This document shows, in pieces, positions 44,087 through 45,805 of a stretch of DNA of 45,805 nt; positions within the stretch are counted from its first letter, which is position 1, and each line of letters begins with the position of its first letter. The DNA is from a virus (Duplodnaviria > Caudoviricetes), in the IMG/VR virus record IMGVR_UViG_3300027971_002090, positions 1 through 45,805 of that record; one strand, given 5' to 3'. The notes beneath the pieces are model-generated. The model was not told the origin of the DNA, ran no database searches, and saw only the letters and a program-made list of their open reading frames with translations. A program made the translations under genes and the position numbers.

Positions 44087-45805
44087 TCAACTGCCTAGAA
44101 TTGTTTTTCCGTAGTTTGACACAATTGATGTGTAGGTCAAGCCTGGTGCGTTTGGTTGGCTGCCGTCTGCGTTTCCAATGTTGAGTCCTGATGTGGTGAA
44201 TCCAGGTGAAGTCGGGAACGCTCCCCTCCAAGCACGGTTGTTTCCTGTTGCGCGATTGTACAAGAAATTGCTTGAACGAGTCAGAATCGTGGGAGTTGCC
44301 CGTGTGTCATGCACCACTCGGGTTTTCACAGTGCTATCCGCCCACGAAGCAGTAGTGGCTGTCTGCAATGCAGATTGTAAATGCACAGTTCCGTCACCAA
44401 CTGCCTTGGTAATATTGTATTTTGGTGGACTACCGCTTGCAGGAATTTTGAAATCAGCGGTTCCACCGTCAAACGCAAATATGCCTTCAGGATCTCCAAC
44501 GAAGTATAGCATAATTCGACTGCCGTTTTTAGCGTGTACGAACGCTTCAGATGTTCCGTTGTGTGTACCGTACAGATTACCCATTCTTGAGGTAAACAGA
44601 GCCGTTCCCACTGTAGTGTTTCCAGGAACACCAACACTGTACACCCCACCCAATCGGATATTGGAATTGTGGTTTGCACGAACAGTTTCAAGGGTAATAG
44701 ATGTATTGGAATCATTAATAGCAGGATCTCCGTGAAGCGGATGCTTCGCAAACACCGATCCAATATTGGCTCGGCAGTTATCAATCAGAGACAGTGCAAT
44801 AAGTCCGTAATTGCGAACACAAAGCGCACCCGCAAAATTGCTGTAAATACCTGATGTGGACACATTTGCTGGATTTGCGTTGTTCTGAATGATACTTGTG
44901 TTCAAATCTCCAATACTGAAATCCGAGTTTCCACGAACATCCACAGCAAGATTTCCGCCGTTTGTAATGATCAAGGCTTTTTCAACCACCACAGCAGATG
45001 CGTCATACACCGACAGTGCGTTTGCAGTGTTGTTCATGTACACATACGGAAGACAATTGCCGCCGCCAGACTGAAACAGATTCACGAACTGCGGTGCGGC
45101 AGACAATCCGTTTGTGGCATTACTCATGTTGATGTAGCCTTGCCGAACGCCGTTGAATCCGCTAACCAATACCGCGTTCTTGCCCACAACATATTCAGCA
45201 GAAATACCTGTTGCTGCTGCGTCTTTGTAAAACACCATAGCAAATGTTCCACCCGCATTACTGTTATTTGCAGTGATGCCAAGTTGAACATCGGCTTTGG
45301 TCATGTACTTTAGAGATTCTGTGACAGCCGTGCTATCGTTTGACAGTCTCCACCCGAACACATCGTAATACCTGAAATCGGTGGCAGCGGCACTTCCTGC
45401 GGAACTCAAACCTGCTCCCGCAGTGGCTCCAATCAACTCGGTGGCAGGAACAGAACCAGCATCCTTCACATAGTTTATGTACCCGATTTCACGAGCGGTG
45501 GCAGATCCCTGCTCCGTGATAAACATCTTTGCCGTGGGGAATGTACTCCAGTAGTTTCCGAGAGTGTTGTCTTCAAATGCCGTGAAACACGCACTTCCGC
45601 CGCTGGCAGTGTTCATGCCACCGAAAATTGGAACCGCAATTTTTGCGTAGAATTTAGGAGTATCACTGTCGCAGTTGATGTGCAGGGAGTTTGCGTACAG
45701 TTTGCTGCCAAACAGTTCCACGGATCGCGCAGTGGTGGAGATATACGAGCCGTTGTGGCGATAGTCCACACCGTTATTGCGGTTGAGTCCCGAAGAATTG
45801 CTCAA
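44087..45805 (-). CDS. C-terminal part of a large beta-rich virion protein (fibre/spike-like); 5' end outside the window
   Basis: Open to the window edge for 572 codons; Asn/Gly/Ser/Thr-rich with beta-helix-like periodicity. The TTG start in the ORF track is an edge artefact. Confidence 0.6.
   Translation of the reverse strand: MSNSSGLNRNNGVDYRHNGSYISTTARSVELFGSKLYANSLHINCDSDTPKFYAKIAVPIFGGMNTASGGSACFTAFEDNTLGNYWSTFPTAKMFITEQGSATAREIGYINYVKDAGSVPATELIGATAGAGLSSAGSAAATDFRYYDVFGWRLSNDSTAVTESLKYMTKADVQLGITANNSNAGGTFAMVFYKDAAATGISAEYVVGKNAVLVSGFNGVRQGYINMSNATNGLSAAPQFVNLFQSGGGNCLPYVYMNNTANALSVYDASAVVVEKALIITNGGNLAVDVRGNSDFSIGDLNTSIIQNNANPANVSTSGIYSNFAGALCVRNYGLIALSLIDNCRANIGSVFAKHPLHGDPAINDSNTSITLETVRANHNSNIRLGGVYSVGVPGNTTVGTALFTSRMGNLYGTHNGTSEAFVHAKNGSRIMLYFVGDPEGIFAFDGGTADFKIPASGSPPKYNITKAVGDGTVHLQSALQTATTASWADSTVKTRVVHDTRATPTILTRSSNFLYNRATGNNRAWRGAFPTSPGFTTSGLNIGNADGSQPNAPGLTYTSIVSNYGKTILGS

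Noticed and set aside
1-45805. tRNAs, introns, inteins, homing endonucleases or stop-codon recoding
   Set aside because: Intergenic gaps are very short with no cloverleaf seen. Core genes are full-length and uninterrupted under the standard code.
1-45805. Assignment of a host or calling this a cyanophage
   Set aside because: Gene order resembles marine/freshwater T4-like phages, but no host-diagnostic gene is present in the window.

Overview
This window is a 45.8-kb segment of a T4-like myovirus genome, with essentially every real gene on the minus strand. In transcription order (right to left) it holds: (i) a partial large virion/fibre protein and a LamG-domain protein; (ii) the T4 late morphogenesis block, gp13-14-15-16-17-18-19-20, two gp67/68-like core proteins, then gp21-22-23-3; (iii) recombination, transcription and replication genes uvsY, a deaminase, uvsW, gp55, gp47, gp46, rnh, gp45, gp44, gp62 and regA; (iv) directly after regA, a tightly packed 19-gene glycan operon (349-16237). 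That operon encodes about six glycosyltransferase-like proteins including a GT2-TPR enzyme, two mechanistically different 3,6-dideoxysugar C3-dehydratases (RfbH/E1-like and ColD-like), a ColC/Fcl-like reductase, a split transketolase, four further SDR epimerases and two methyltransferases. The best candidate for a new system is phage-encoded virion glycosylation. A late-promoter motif precedes regA and the operon, the operon has a low-GC and possibly exchangeable core, and virion proteins carry Gly-x-Thr/Ser-rich segments that could be an O-glycosylation sequon. All product calls come from motif recognition by eye; no database search was run.
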